A DNA stretch of 64,000 bases from an uncultured bacterium (GTDB lineage Bacteria; Patescibacteriota; Minisyncoccia; Phycocordibacterales; UBA9973). Below are positions 10,992 through 21,058 of the stretch, one piece after another. Made by a program: the position numbers and the translations under genes. The DNA is taken from assembly GCA_903825255.1 (NCBI GenBank), contig CAIJZZ010000060.1, positions 5,967 through 69,966 of the forward strand, given 5' to 3'. Positions within the stretch are counted from its first letter, which is position 1; each line of letters begins with the position of its first letter. The notes under the pieces were generated by a model. The model was not told where the DNA came from, did not search any database, and saw nothing but the letters and a program-made list of their open reading frames with translations.

Positions 10992-11017
10992 AAAAAATCC
11001 CTTAACAGGGATTTTTT
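10992..11017. terminator. bidirectional intrinsic terminator between gyrB and thrS
   Basis: AAAAAATCCC-TTAACA-GGGATTTTTT hairpin with A/T tracts on both sides, lying between convergent genes. Confidence 0.7.
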
Positions 11018-11023
11018 AATTGA

Positions 11024-12754
11024 TTATTTTTTCTTTGAGATTTCTTCTTTAAGTTTTAAGATAAAATCTTCTACAGAAATATCTTCGGTTTTGGTGCCGT
11101 CACGGTTTTCAATAGTTAATTTTTGCGAAGCGACTTCTTTGTCTCCTAAGACAATAACAAAAGGAGTTTTCATATCTTTGGCAGCGTGGATACGTTTGCC
11201 GAGACTGTCATTTCCAGAAAACATTTCCACTCGGATAAATTCTTTCTTTAAGGCATTAAAAATTTCTTGGGCTTTTTCTTCGTGGTTTTCACGGACGGGA
11301 ACGATGGCGACTTGGACCGGTGAGAGCCAAGTAGGGAAGGCTCCAGCATAGTGTTCAATCAATATTCCAATAAATCTTTCGAGTGAGCCATAAATGACTC
11401 GATGTATTACGACTGGAGTTTTTCTAGTCCCATCTTTGTCTGTGTATTCAAGTTCAAAGCGTTTAGGTTGTTGGAAGTCTAGTTGCATCGTGCCCATTTG
11501 CCAATCACGACCGAGTGCATCTTTCATGATGATATCTATTTTGGGTCCATAAAAAGCACCGTCGCCTTCTGCCACAGTATATTCTATGCCAGATTTTTCT
11601 AATACATTATGTAGGGCTTTTTCTGCTTTATTCCAACTTTCAATATCTCCTAAAAATCCTTCTGGTCTAGTACCAAGTCTAAATTTATATTCTAAATTAA
11701 AAATTCCATAAAATTCTTTACAGATTTCCATAATTTTATTATATTCGTCTTCAATCATGTCTTCGGTAATGTAATTATGCGAATCATCTTGCTGAAAAGA
11801 TCGACATCGAAGAAGTCCATTTAAGGTACCAGATCTTTCATATCGATGTAAGCGATCAGTATCAGATAAACGTAAAGGTAAGTCTTTATAACTAACTTGC
11901 ATTGATTTAAAAACAATCATAGCGTTTGGGCAATTCATTGGTTTAATACCATAAACTTCATTTTCACCCATATCAGCGATAAACATATCATCTTTATAAT
12001 GATCCCAGTGTCCTGAGGTTTTCCAAAGTTCTGCTTTATTGACTAACGGACTAGAAATTTCTAGGTAACCCAAGTCTCGATGTTTTTCTCGCCAATAGTT
12101 TTCTAATTCTTTATAAATAATTAAACCTTTTGGTAACCAATAAGGCATCCCTGGAGCTGTCTCATGAAACATTAAAAGGCCTAATTCCTTACCGAGTTTT
12201 TTATGATCTCTTTTTTTAGCTTCTTCACGTAGGGCAACATATTTTTCTAGTTCTTCTTTATTTTCAAATGCGAGCCCGTAAATACGAGTGAGCATTTTAT
12301 TTTTTTCATCTCCACGCCAGTAAGCGCCAGCCACTCGATCTAATTTAAAACTGCCATCTGGGATTTCAGCTTTTGGGTTTTCTAAATGTCCACCTCGACA
12401 AAGATCAGTGAATTTTCCACAAGTATAAAAAGTAATTTTTTCACCCTTGCTAATTATTTCATTTATTAATTCATTTTTATATTCGTTATTAGCAAAATAT
12501 TCTTTAGCTTCAGTCTCAGTTACTTCTTTACTTTCAAAAGTTTTCCAACTTTTTAAAATCTCTCGCATTTTCTTTTCAATTTTTGGTAAATCTTTGTCTG
12601 AAATAGGGGAGGCAAATTCAAAGTCATAATAAAAACCATCATCAATCGATGGTCCGATAGTGTTCTTTGTTCCAGGATACATCTCCAATACTGCGGCTGC
12701 CAATAGGTGCGCTAGTGTATGTCTTAAATTATGCAATTTATCATTTGTTTCCAT
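11024..12754 (-). CDS. thrS: threonine--tRNA ligase (576 aa, no TGS domain)
   Basis: Starts at the editing/second additional domain (HTLAHLLAAAV). Class II core (FRLGTRPE, HRVIYGSLERFIGILIEHYAGAFPTWLSPVQV). C-terminal anticodon-binding domain. Confidence 0.93.
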   Translation of the reverse strand: METNDKLHNLRHTLAHLLAAAVLEMYPGTKNTIGPSIDDGFYYDFEFASPISDKDLPKIEKKMREILKSWKTFESKEVTETEAKEYFANNEYKNELINEIISKGEKITFYTCGKFTDLCRGGHLENPKAEIPDGSFKLDRVAGAYWRGDEKNKMLTRIYGLAFENKEELEKYVALREEAKKRDHKKLGKELGLLMFHETAPGMPYWLPKGLIIYKELENYWREKHRDLGYLEISSPLVNKAELWKTSGHWDHYKDDMFIADMGENEVYGIKPMNCPNAMIVFKSMQVSYKDLPLRLSDTDRLHRYERSGTLNGLLRCRSFQQDDSHNYITEDMIEDEYNKIMEICKEFYGIFNLEYKFRLGTRPEGFLGDIESWNKAEKALHNVLEKSGIEYTVAEGDGAFYGPKIDIIMKDALGRDWQMGTMQLDFQQPKRFELEYTDKDGTRKTPVVIHRVIYGSLERFIGILIEHYAGAFPTWLSPVQVAIVPVRENHEEKAQEIFNALKKEFIRVEMFSGNDSLGKRIHAAKDMKTPFVIVLGDKEVASQKLTIENRDGTKTEDISVEDFILKLKEEISKKK

Positions 12755-12834
12755 AACTCTTATATTATCATATTTTTAGTAATTTTTACCAGTTATTTTG
12801 CTTTTAATATTAAATATGCTAGTATATAACCATT

Positions 12835-13059
12835 ATGGTAGTACGAATGAGACATACAAAATCGCATACAGCCAACAGGCGTTCGCATCATGCTTTAAAG
12901 AGCACGAATTTTGCGAAATGTGAGAATTGCAAAGAGTTAAAAAAAGGACACACTGTTTGTAAATCCTGTGGTTTTTATCGTGGAATGAAAGTTTTAGATT
13001 TAGTAAAAAAGATAGAAAAGAAGCAAAAGAAAGAAAAAGCCAAAAAAGCTCAGTCCTAA
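12835..13059 (+). CDS. rpmF: 50S ribosomal protein L32 with Zn-ribbon and Lys-rich tail
   Basis: MVVRMRHTKSHTANRRSHHAL matches the L32 N-terminal pattern. CENC...CKSCG Cys pairs. Confidence 0.8.
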   Translation: MVVRMRHTKSHTANRRSHHALKSTNFAKCENCKELKKGHTVCKSCGFYRGMKVLDLVKKIEKKQKKEKAKKAQS

Positions 13060-13095
13060 TAATTTTTTAAAGTTAGTTTTTTTGTTTGTTATTTT

Positions 13096-14022
13096 ATGGC
13101 TAATAGGCACCTTTCCAGATCAATAGTTCTTCAGACCCTCTTCGAATGGGATTTCTTGAATGCCTCTAAAAAGGAGGATTTTTGGAGTGACGAACAATTG
13201 AAAGATGCATTAAATCGTAATTTAAAAGAATTTGCCCCTGGACTCGAAGATGATGTTTTTGTGACCTCTCTTATTAAAGAAGTTTTAAAGAAACAAAAAG
13301 TTATTGATGAAATAATTGAAAAAGCGGCGCCTGAGTGGCCGATTGATAAAGTCTCGATAGTAGATAGAAATATTTTACGTATTGGCTTGACGGAGCTTCT
13401 TTTTGGTGATCGGAAACAAGTACCACCGAAAGTGGCGATTAATGAAGCGATAGAATTAGCGAAGACTTTTGGCGGAGAAAATTCTGGAAAATTTATCAAT
13501 GGAGTTTTAGGTGCAGTTTATAAAGAAATAGGAGAACCAGGTAAAGAAGAAACTAGTAAAAAGAAAAAAAATAGTGATGAACCAGTTGATATAAGTAAAC
13601 TACCAATAGAAAAATTCGGTGGTGCTCTAATTTATGCTAGAAAAGATGGTAATCTTTATTTAGGACTTGTGCATGATGTTTTCGGTTACTGGACTCTTTC
13701 AAAAGGACACATTGAAGCTGGGGAGAATGAAAAGGAATCTACAATCAAAAGAATTAAAGAAGAAGTGGGATTAGATATTGTTATAAAAGAAAAACTTGGT
13801 GAAAATGAGTATGTCGCTTCACATCCAGAAAAAGGCAAACTTTTAAAAAAAGTTTCATATTTTTTAGCCGAGAGTGAATATCGTGAATTACAATTAGAAA
13901 GTTCGGGGGGTTTAGATGGGGCAAAATGGTTTCAGCTTTCAGAAATTCCAGAATTGCATATTTACAATGATATTATCCCGATTATTTCTAAAGCGGTTGA
14001 AATTATTTCACATATTAAATAA
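13096..14022 (+). CDS. nusB: NusB antitermination factor fused to a C-terminal Nudix hydrolase domain
   Basis: N-terminal residues ~1-150: RSIVLQTLFEWDF, VDRNILRIGLTELLF, PKVAINEAIELAKTFGGENSGKFINGVLGAVYKE. A Lys-rich linker follows. Then a Nudix-box-like GHIEAGENEKESTIKRIKEEVGL. Confidence 0.8.
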   Translation: MANRHLSRSIVLQTLFEWDFLNASKKEDFWSDEQLKDALNRNLKEFAPGLEDDVFVTSLIKEVLKKQKVIDEIIEKAAPEWPIDKVSIVDRNILRIGLTELLFGDRKQVPPKVAINEAIELAKTFGGENSGKFINGVLGAVYKEIGEPGKEETSKKKKNSDEPVDISKLPIEKFGGALIYARKDGNLYLGLVHDVFGYWTLSKGHIEAGENEKESTIKRIKEEVGLDIVIKEKLGENEYVASHPEKGKLLKKVSYFLAESEYRELQLESSGGLDGAKWFQLSEIPELHIYNDIIPIISKAVEIISHIK

Positions 14023-14030
14023 AAAATATT

Positions 14031-14726
14031 ATGATTCAATTTTCAGATTTTGAGAAAAAAACAAAAATAGTTTTCAAAGATAAGGATTTATTAAAACAAG
14101 CTTTTATTCATCGTTCTTATATAAATGAAAATGGGGCGACTGGATTATCACACAATGAACGTTTAGAATTTTTAGGTGATGCAGTACTAGAATTGATTGT
14201 GACTGATTTTTTATATAAAAAATATCCAAAACACACTGAAGGAGAGTTGACGGCACTTCGCTCGGCACTCGTGAATGCAATTATTATTTCTGAAATTGCT
14301 TCAAAAATTGGCATGAATGAATTTTTACTCTTATCAAGAGGAGAAACAAAAGATACGGGGAAAGCGAGGCAATACATCTTAGCGAATACTTATGAAGCCT
14401 ACGTCGGAGCAGTTTACTTAGATCAAGGTTATGATGTAGCCAATAGTTTTATTACTAAATCACTTTTACCAAAAACTGAAGAAATCGTCGCAAAAAAACT
14501 TTGGCGGGATGCGAAAAGTCTAGTACAAGAAAAAGCACAAGAATTTGTTAATTTTACCCCAGCTTATAAGGTTTTAAGTGAATCAGGGCCAGACCATGAT
14601 AAGCATTTTAATATTGGAATATTTTTTGGACCTGATTTAATTGCTGAAGGAAAAGGTAAATCCAAACAAGAAGCAGAACAAAAGGCGGCTGAAGCAGCAT
14701 TAAAAATAAAAAATTGGCTAGATTAA
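14031..14726 (+). CDS. rnc: ribonuclease III
   Basis: ERLEFLGDAVLE signature. C-terminal dsRBD (GPDHDKHF...GKGKSKQEAEQKAAEAAL). Confidence 0.93.
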   Translation: MIQFSDFEKKTKIVFKDKDLLKQAFIHRSYINENGATGLSHNERLEFLGDAVLELIVTDFLYKKYPKHTEGELTALRSALVNAIIISEIASKIGMNEFLLLSRGETKDTGKARQYILANTYEAYVGAVYLDQGYDVANSFITKSLLPKTEEIVAKKLWRDAKSLVQEKAQEFVNFTPAYKVLSESGPDHDKHFNIGIFFGPDLIAEGKGKSKQEAEQKAAEAALKIKNWLD

Positions 14727-14727
14727 T

Positions 14728-16974
14728 ATGCGTCTTAAAAATCTTGAAATAAACGGTTTTAAATCTTTTTCTAAAAAAACTACTTTAGAGTTTGAAAGTC
14801 CTATTGTCTCGATTGTTGGTCCAAATGGTTCAGGTAAATCCAATGTTGTTGAAGCTATACGTTTTGTTTTAGGAGAACAGTCAATGAAGTCTATGCGCGG
14901 TAAGGCTGGACTTGATCTTATATTTAAAGGTTCTAAAAAATTACCGGCAGGTTCACGAGCAAGCGTGACCATTTATTTTAATAATAAAGATAAAATTTTT
15001 AAGCTTTCAAACGAAAATGGTGAAAACATAAACTTAAATTATGATATCATTTCTATTTCTCGTGAAGTTTATAGTGATGGACTCAATAAATATGTTTTAA
15101 ATGGAGGTGAAGTTAGATTAAAAGATATAAATAATTTACTTGCTTCAGTAAATATTGGTTCTTCTGGACACCATATTATTTCTCAAGGTGAAGCAGACAG
15201 GATTTTGAATGCAAGTTCGAAAGATAGGCGAGAGATGATTGAAGACGCGCTTGGTCTCAAGATTTACCAATATAAAATTAAAGATGCAGAACGAAAACTC
15301 GAACGCACGACCAATAATATGAAGGAAGTGTTTCTTCTTCGTAAAGAAAATGCACCGCATATTAATTTTTTAAAAAAGCAAGTAGAAAAATTTGAAAAAG
15401 CAAAAGAAATGAAGGTAGATTTGCTTAATTTTTATAATGAATATCTTAAAAAAGAATCAGTTTATCTAGAAAAAGAAAAACATACATTAGGGGTAGAAAA
15501 AAATAAAATTTTAAATGAAATTACTGAAATTAATCAAAAAATTTCTTCTGTTGAGGAAGAAAATCCAGCCGCAGAAAATAAAAATAATGAGGAATTAAGA
15601 AACTTAGAAAATAAGTTAAGAGAAATTAGAAATGTGAAAGGTGAGCTTGATCGAAAACTTGGCCGAATCGAAGGTATGATCGAAATGGAAGAGAGACAAA
15701 AAGAGAAACCAGTAAAATCAGAAAATATTTCAATCCATCGAGAAGAAGCAGAAAACTTCTTAAAAGAAATAAATGAGTATTTAGAAGAAGCTATATATAT
15801 GGATGTGCTTGAAAATATTGCACCAATTTTAGGTAAAGTGAAAGATATTGTAAATAGATTTGCAAGAAATTTTGGAGAAGAAACGCAACCAAATAATTTT
15901 TCTAATCAAGGGCAAATAGAAGGTTTAAAAAGTACCCAAAATGAAATATTAACCGAGGTTGATAAAATAAAAATAGAAGAAAACAAGATTTTAGATTCTA
16001 TTGAGAAAATAAAAGAAAAAATTTCTAAAGAAATAGAAGATAGACATGAAGGAGAAAAAGAAAAATTTACTTGGAGAGTTAGACATCAAGAGCTTTCTTC
16101 TTCTCTACAATTAATCTCTGTCAAAGAGGAAAATATTAAAAGAGAAAACGAAAATTTTGAAAATGAAATTAAGGAAGGTGGAGCTTTGATAGGTGGAGAT
16201 ATTTTTTCTTATAAGAATTTTGAGTTTGAAGGAATGCCTGATAGAAATAATCAAGAAGAAATGCGTAGAAAAATCGAACGCATAAAAATAAAGCTGGAAG
16301 ATGCGGGTGCTCTAGGAGGTAGTGAAATCTTAAAAGAATTTGAGGAAACAACTGAACGAGATAGGTTTTTAGCGAAGGAAATGGAGGATTTAGAAACAAG
16401 TATTAATTCTTTAAGAGTTTTGATGACTGATTTGAAAGAAAAAATTGATATTGAATTTAAAGATGGAATTAAAAAAATCAATGTACAATTTCAAGAATTA
16501 TTTGCGCTTATGTTCGGTGGGGGAACAGCTCATCTTTCAGTCATAGTGGAAAGTAGAAAAATAAAAAATGAAGAAGATGGAGAGTCTAATCCAGAAGAAG
16601 ATAAAAATATTCCATTAGAACAAGGAATAGAAATAGGTGTTTCACTGCCACATAAAAAGGTTAAAGAGTTACATTCTCTCTCGGGGGGTGAAAGATCACT
16701 TACTTCTATTGCGTTACTTTTTGCAATGTCTCAAGTTAATCCACCACCATTCTTAGTGCTCGATGAAACAGATGCAGCGTTAGATGAAGCCAATTCTCGT
16801 AAGTATGGTGATATGCTTGAAAAACTTTCTAAACGTTCACAATTAATTGTAGTTACTCATAATAGAGAAACTATGTCACGCGCCGGAGTGCTTTACGGTG
16901 TGACTATCGGTGCTGATGGCGCTTCTAAACTTCTTTCAGTAAAATTTGACGAAGCTACAGCTATAGCCAAATAA
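14728..16974 (+). CDS. smc: SMC-family chromosome segregation ATPase, short form (748 aa) with no recognisable hinge
   Basis: N-terminal head LEINGFKSF...GPNGSGKSNVVEAIRFVLGEQSMKSMRG. C-terminal LSGGERSLTSIALLFAM...FLVLDETDAALDEAN. The middle region is coiled-coil-like only. Confidence 0.8.
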   Translation: MRLKNLEINGFKSFSKKTTLEFESPIVSIVGPNGSGKSNVVEAIRFVLGEQSMKSMRGKAGLDLIFKGSKKLPAGSRASVTIYFNNKDKIFKLSNENGENINLNYDIISISREVYSDGLNKYVLNGGEVRLKDINNLLASVNIGSSGHHIISQGEADRILNASSKDRREMIEDALGLKIYQYKIKDAERKLERTTNNMKEVFLLRKENAPHINFLKKQVEKFEKAKEMKVDLLNFYNEYLKKESVYLEKEKHTLGVEKNKILNEITEINQKISSVEEENPAAENKNNEELRNLENKLREIRNVKGELDRKLGRIEGMIEMEERQKEKPVKSENISIHREEAENFLKEINEYLEEAIYMDVLENIAPILGKVKDIVNRFARNFGEETQPNNFSNQGQIEGLKSTQNEILTEVDKIKIEENKILDSIEKIKEKISKEIEDRHEGEKEKFTWRVRHQELSSSLQLISVKEENIKRENENFENEIKEGGALIGGDIFSYKNFEFEGMPDRNNQEEMRRKIERIKIKLEDAGALGGSEILKEFEETTERDRFLAKEMEDLETSINSLRVLMTDLKEKIDIEFKDGIKKINVQFQELFALMFGGGTAHLSVIVESRKIKNEEDGESNPEEDKNIPLEQGIEIGVSLPHKKVKELHSLSGGERSLTSIALLFAMSQVNPPPFLVLDETDAALDEANSRKYGDMLEKLSKRSQLIVVTHNRETMSRAGVLYGVTIGADGASKLLSVKFDEATAIAK

Positions 16975-16985
16975 CTTTAATTAAA

Positions 16986-18059
16986 TTATATAGGTTTAAT
17001 ATCTTCTTCTCCGTCTTTAATAACCTCGTTAGGTTGAAAAAATCTATTTAATTTTACAATATCTTTTTCTATAGACATATTGCCATCTTTTTTTAGCTTT
17101 ATTTTAAGCAGCATACCTTGCATTGTGTTTTCTGAAAAATATTGATCAAAAATAAGATTGCCTAGGGAATAGGCTATAAAACCATTTTTATAAACTTCTG
17201 TATCTTCTACGACGTGCGGGTGAGTACCGATAATTATTTTAGCTCCATCATCAATTGCTTTATGTGCTAAAAATTCTTGTCTAGTATTATGTATTGTTTT
17301 ATATTCTTCCCCAAAATGGAAAGAAACAATTAAAGTATCAACTTGTTTGGCTGCATTTTGAATAATTATGTCAAAATTAGGATCATTAGCGAGTAATAGT
17401 CCAGGTTCGGTGTCTGTTATTTCCATCCAATTTGGACCAACGTCTGAAAATCCCAAGAAGCCTATTTTCATGCCGTATTTTTCTATAATAGTTGGTTTTT
17501 CAGCTTCTACTTTATTTAGACCACCACCCACAAAAAGAATTTCATTTTTCTTTAAATAATCTAAAGTATCAGTATAAGCAACGCGACCCCAATCACCGAC
17601 ATGATTATTGGCGACGGAAACAATATTAATTCCAGTTTTTTTTAATATAGGAATAACTAATGGATCCATACGAAATGAGTATAAATTATGTAGATCTTTG
17701 CCTTGATCTGAAGCTGGTCCTTCTAAATTAACAAAAGAAATATCTACGTTTTTAAAAATATCTAAATTATTAAATAAAATACTATAATCACCATTGAAAT
17801 TTTTTAAGACAGAGTTTTTTACTCCACGATCAAGCATTATATCACCACCAAAAACTAGATTTAAAAAATCAGGTTTTGTTTCTACTTCTAATTTTTTCGG
17901 CGCATCGGCTACTTGTATTTTATTTATTTCTATTTTTATCGATGCATTTTTATAATATCCGACACTTTTTGTAGCTAAGGAAGCTAAAAAAATACCGAGG
18001 ATAATTGCGATTATTATCCAGAGGATATGTTCAAATTTTAATTTGAAATTTTTTTTCAT
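16986..18059 (-). CDS. CapA-family metallophosphatase-like protein (poly-gamma-glutamate capsule synthesis family), membrane anchored
   Basis: N-terminal TM helix. FGGDIMLDR, FVNLEGP, VANNHVGDWG, GTHPHV motifs. Confidence 0.75.
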   Translation of the reverse strand: MKKNFKLKFEHILWIIIAIILGIFLASLATKSVGYYKNASIKIEINKIQVADAPKKLEVETKPDFLNLVFGGDIMLDRGVKNSVLKNFNGDYSILFNNLDIFKNVDISFVNLEGPASDQGKDLHNLYSFRMDPLVIPILKKTGINIVSVANNHVGDWGRVAYTDTLDYLKKNEILFVGGGLNKVEAEKPTIIEKYGMKIGFLGFSDVGPNWMEITDTEPGLLLANDPNFDIIIQNAAKQVDTLIVSFHFGEEYKTIHNTRQEFLAHKAIDDGAKIIIGTHPHVVEDTEVYKNGFIAYSLGNLIFDQYFSENTMQGMLLKIKLKKDGNMSIEKDIVKLNRFFQPNEVIKDGEEDIKPI

Positions 18060-19993
18060 ATTAAACTATAATCTATAGTTTTTTTCTCTAAATCAACTGC
18101 TTTTACTTTTATTTTAATATGATCACCAAGACGATATATTTTGTGTTTTTTCTGTCCTACTAGCTCTATTTTTTTCTCGTTAAAAATATAAAAATCATCT
18201 TTTATATCTCGAGCTCTAATTAAACCCTCACATTTGGTTTCAACTTCTTCCACGTAGATGCCCCATTCTGTTACTCCACTGATTATTCCTTCAAATTGTT
18301 TACCAATTCGAATAGACATATATTCAGCTTGTTTATATTTAATTGAAGCACGCTCGGCGTCCGAAGCACGTTTTTCTTGTTCTGAAGATTTACGAGAAAT
18401 TTCCTCATATTCACGAATTTTTTCTTTGGCAATTTTTTTACCAGCCAAAAAGTTAGTTAAAAATCTGTGTACAATAATGTCGGGGTACCTACGGATTGGG
18501 GAAGTAAAATGTGTATAATATTCGAAGGCTAGGCCATAATGACCAATATTTTTTGTGGAATAAATCGCTTTGGCCATTGAACGTATCACTGCGCGGTGCA
18601 CTGTATCTTTGCCATTTTTTCCAGCTAAATCTTTTAAAATTTTATTTATTTCGGATGTCGGTATAAGCCCATCCTTTAAAGTTATTTTATGCCCTAACCC
18701 TCGTAGGAAAAATGCTAAGTCTTCCATTTTTTCTTTACTAGGTAGATCGTGTACACGATAGACAAACACTCCTTCTTTTTCGTTTACACTTTTTGAAATA
18801 ACTTCGGCCACTTTTTTATTAGCAAGTAACATGAATTCTTCAATAAGTCGGTTTGAATCTCCACGTTCTTTTTTAATTACTTTTAAAGGCACTCCTTTTT
18901 CATCTAGAATAAATTTTACTTCTTCTTGGTCGAGTGAAATAGCACCTTTTTGAAATCTTTCTTTGGTTAATTTTTTAGCTAGATTGTTTAATATAAATAG
19001 TTCTGCATGTAAGAGGGTATTTTTATTTTGAATTGATTTTTCAGCTTCTTCATAAGTAAAGCGTTTTTGTGAATGAATCACTGTGCGCCCAAACCATTCT
19101 TTTTTAACATGAGCATTTTCATCAATTTCAAAAACTGCACTCATTGTCAGTCTGTCTTTATCGGGCACAAGTGAGCATAAGTCATTCGACAAGGTTTCTG
19201 GTAGCATGGGAATCGTACGATCAACAAGATAAACAGAAGTTCCGCGTTCTTTAGCTTCTTCGTCTAGTCGACTTCCAGTTTTTACATAATAAGAAACATC
19301 GGCAATATGAATACCGATCTCATATAATTTTTCATTTATTTTCTTAAAAGAAATTGCATCATCAAAATCCTTTGCGTCTGATGGGTCGATAGTGAAAGTA
19401 AGAGTTTTTCTGAAATCACGTCTATTTTTATAATCTTCACTTTTAATTCCACTTAATTTTATTTTATGGGCTTCTTTTTCAGCGCCAGACGATAACTCAG
19501 AACTAAATCCTTTTTCTATAGCGATGGCATACATTTCTGCATTGTTTTCTCCAGGTTTACCTAAAATTTTTTCTACTTTTCCTTCAGGTGCTTTTTTAGA
19601 ATCAGCCCAAGAAATTATTTTAACAAAAATCTTCTGTCCATTTTTAGCACCATTTAAAAATTTTTCAGGGATTAAAATATCGGTGTACATTTTTGTATCA
19701 TCTGGTTTTAAAAAATATATATTATTTTCTTTTTCTAAGACTCCCGAAAAACCACTTTTTGCCCGAGCGATTATTTTAGATATTTCTCCAGTCATACGCT
19801 TGTCTTTTTTAGTATGCAAAATCACTTCCACCCTATCTCCATGCAGAGCAGTATTCAAATCTCTAAAATCAATCTCTATATCTTCTTCTTGCTTGTCAGT
19901 TTTTACATAACCTGTGCCTTTGGCAGATATAGAGATAATGCCTTCTAACTTGTTGCTCATTTTATTAAACTCACGATGTCTTTTGCCTTTCAT
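18056..19993 (-). CDS. rnr: ribonuclease R / RNase II family 3'-5' exoribonuclease
   Basis: RNB motifs DPSDAKDFDDAIS, GTSVYLVDRTIPMLPE, HYGLAFEYYTHFTSPIRRYPD. C-terminal S1 domain. 4-nt overlap with the downstream CapA-like gene. Confidence 0.88.
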   Translation of the reverse strand: MKGKRHREFNKMSNKLEGIISISAKGTGYVKTDKQEEDIEIDFRDLNTALHGDRVEVILHTKKDKRMTGEISKIIARAKSGFSGVLEKENNIYFLKPDDTKMYTDILIPEKFLNGAKNGQKIFVKIISWADSKKAPEGKVEKILGKPGENNAEMYAIAIEKGFSSELSSGAEKEAHKIKLSGIKSEDYKNRRDFRKTLTFTIDPSDAKDFDDAISFKKINEKLYEIGIHIADVSYYVKTGSRLDEEAKERGTSVYLVDRTIPMLPETLSNDLCSLVPDKDRLTMSAVFEIDENAHVKKEWFGRTVIHSQKRFTYEEAEKSIQNKNTLLHAELFILNNLAKKLTKERFQKGAISLDQEEVKFILDEKGVPLKVIKKERGDSNRLIEEFMLLANKKVAEVISKSVNEKEGVFVYRVHDLPSKEKMEDLAFFLRGLGHKITLKDGLIPTSEINKILKDLAGKNGKDTVHRAVIRSMAKAIYSTKNIGHYGLAFEYYTHFTSPIRRYPDIIVHRFLTNFLAGKKIAKEKIREYEEISRKSSEQEKRASDAERASIKYKQAEYMSIRIGKQFEGIISGVTEWGIYVEEVETKCEGLIRARDIKDDFYIFNEKKIELVGQKKHKIYRLGDHIKIKVKAVDLEKKTIDYSLI

Positions 19994-20059
19994 TCTTTAA
20001 ATATACCACAAAAAACATAAATATTTGCCTAATTTTCGGGTAAGGTTTATAATTTCGGT

Positions 20060-21055
20060 ATGCAAAATGAAAATAGTATTTTAGGTTTGTTTCAAAAATT
20101 ATTCTTTAATTTCAATGCTCGTCAAATGAAGGATGCCACATTGGCGTTTAAGAAACATTTAGATGATGGAGGAAAAATGTTAGTAGCAATGGGTGGGGCG
20201 ATGTCTTCAGCTCAAATGGGTATTACCTTAGCACCAATGATTAAGAATGAAAAAATTCATGCAATTTCTTGTACAGGTGCAAATTTAGAAGAATCAATTT
20301 TTCGATTAGTGGCACATAATAGTTATAAAGATTATCCTGACTATCGATATTTTACTAAACAAGATGACGAAGATATTTTAAATAGAGGCGAGAGACGAGT
20401 GACGGATACCTCGATCCCAGAAGAAGAAGCTTTTCGAGTCGTGGAGCCGATTATTTTAAAATATTGGAAAGAAGCTCAAATTAAGGGGGAAAGATATTTT
20501 CCACACGAATATTTTTATAAGATTTTATTATCTGATGAATTGAAGGATAAATATGAAGGCAATCCTGAACACTGTTGGCTACTTGAGGCTGCGAAAAAGA
20601 ATTTGCCGATTGTAGTTCCAGGTTGGGAAGATTCAACTTTAGGAAATATTTTTGCTGGATATTGTAAAGGAGGTGAGGTAAGTCCAACAGTGATGAAAAC
20701 TGGTGTGGAATACATGATGTATCTTTATGATCAATATCAACAGCTTTCACAAGGTGGTCCAGGCTTAGGTTTTTTCCAAATTGGGGGAGGTATTTCTGGA
20801 GATTTTCCAATTTGTGTAGTACCTTCTATTAAATATGATTTAAAAAAAGAAGTGCGACCTTGGGGATATTTTTGTCAGATTTCTGATTCCACTACTTCTT
20901 ATGGTTCCTATTCTGGGGCGACTCCAAATGAAAAAATAACTTGGGATAAACTCACTAAGGAAACCCCGATGTTTGTGATTGAATCCGACGCGACAATTGT
21001 GGCACCATTTATATTTGAAGCTATTTTAGATAGATATAATATCACTAATAAATAG
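20060..21055 (+). CDS. deoxyhypusine synthase-like family protein
   Basis: 331 aa. The pattern MGGAMSSAQMG...ISCTGANLEE...PGWEDSTLGNIF...GGGISGDFP resembles DHS / homospermidine-synthase-like Rossmann proteins. Recognised by eye only. Confidence 0.65.
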   Translation: MQNENSILGLFQKLFFNFNARQMKDATLAFKKHLDDGGKMLVAMGGAMSSAQMGITLAPMIKNEKIHAISCTGANLEESIFRLVAHNSYKDYPDYRYFTKQDDEDILNRGERRVTDTSIPEEEAFRVVEPIILKYWKEAQIKGERYFPHEYFYKILLSDELKDKYEGNPEHCWLLEAAKKNLPIVVPGWEDSTLGNIFAGYCKGGEVSPTVMKTGVEYMMYLYDQYQQLSQGGPGLGFFQIGGGISGDFPICVVPSIKYDLKKEVRPWGYFCQISDSTTSYGSYSGATPNEKITWDKLTKETPMFVIESDATIVAPFIFEAILDRYNITNK

Positions 21056-21058
21056 TAT

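Noticed and set aside
13131-13499. 122-aa antisense ORF, plus the many other 60-130-aa antisense or out-of-frame ORFs in the track (e.g. 677-868, 10469-10651, 11091-11351, 19524-19910, 38721-39098, 46436-46843, 63122-63664)
   Set aside because: All are nested within strongly supported housekeeping CDS on the other strand or frame. Their compositions are low-complexity Ser/Phe/Ile-rich, typical of shadow ORFs in AT-rich DNA.
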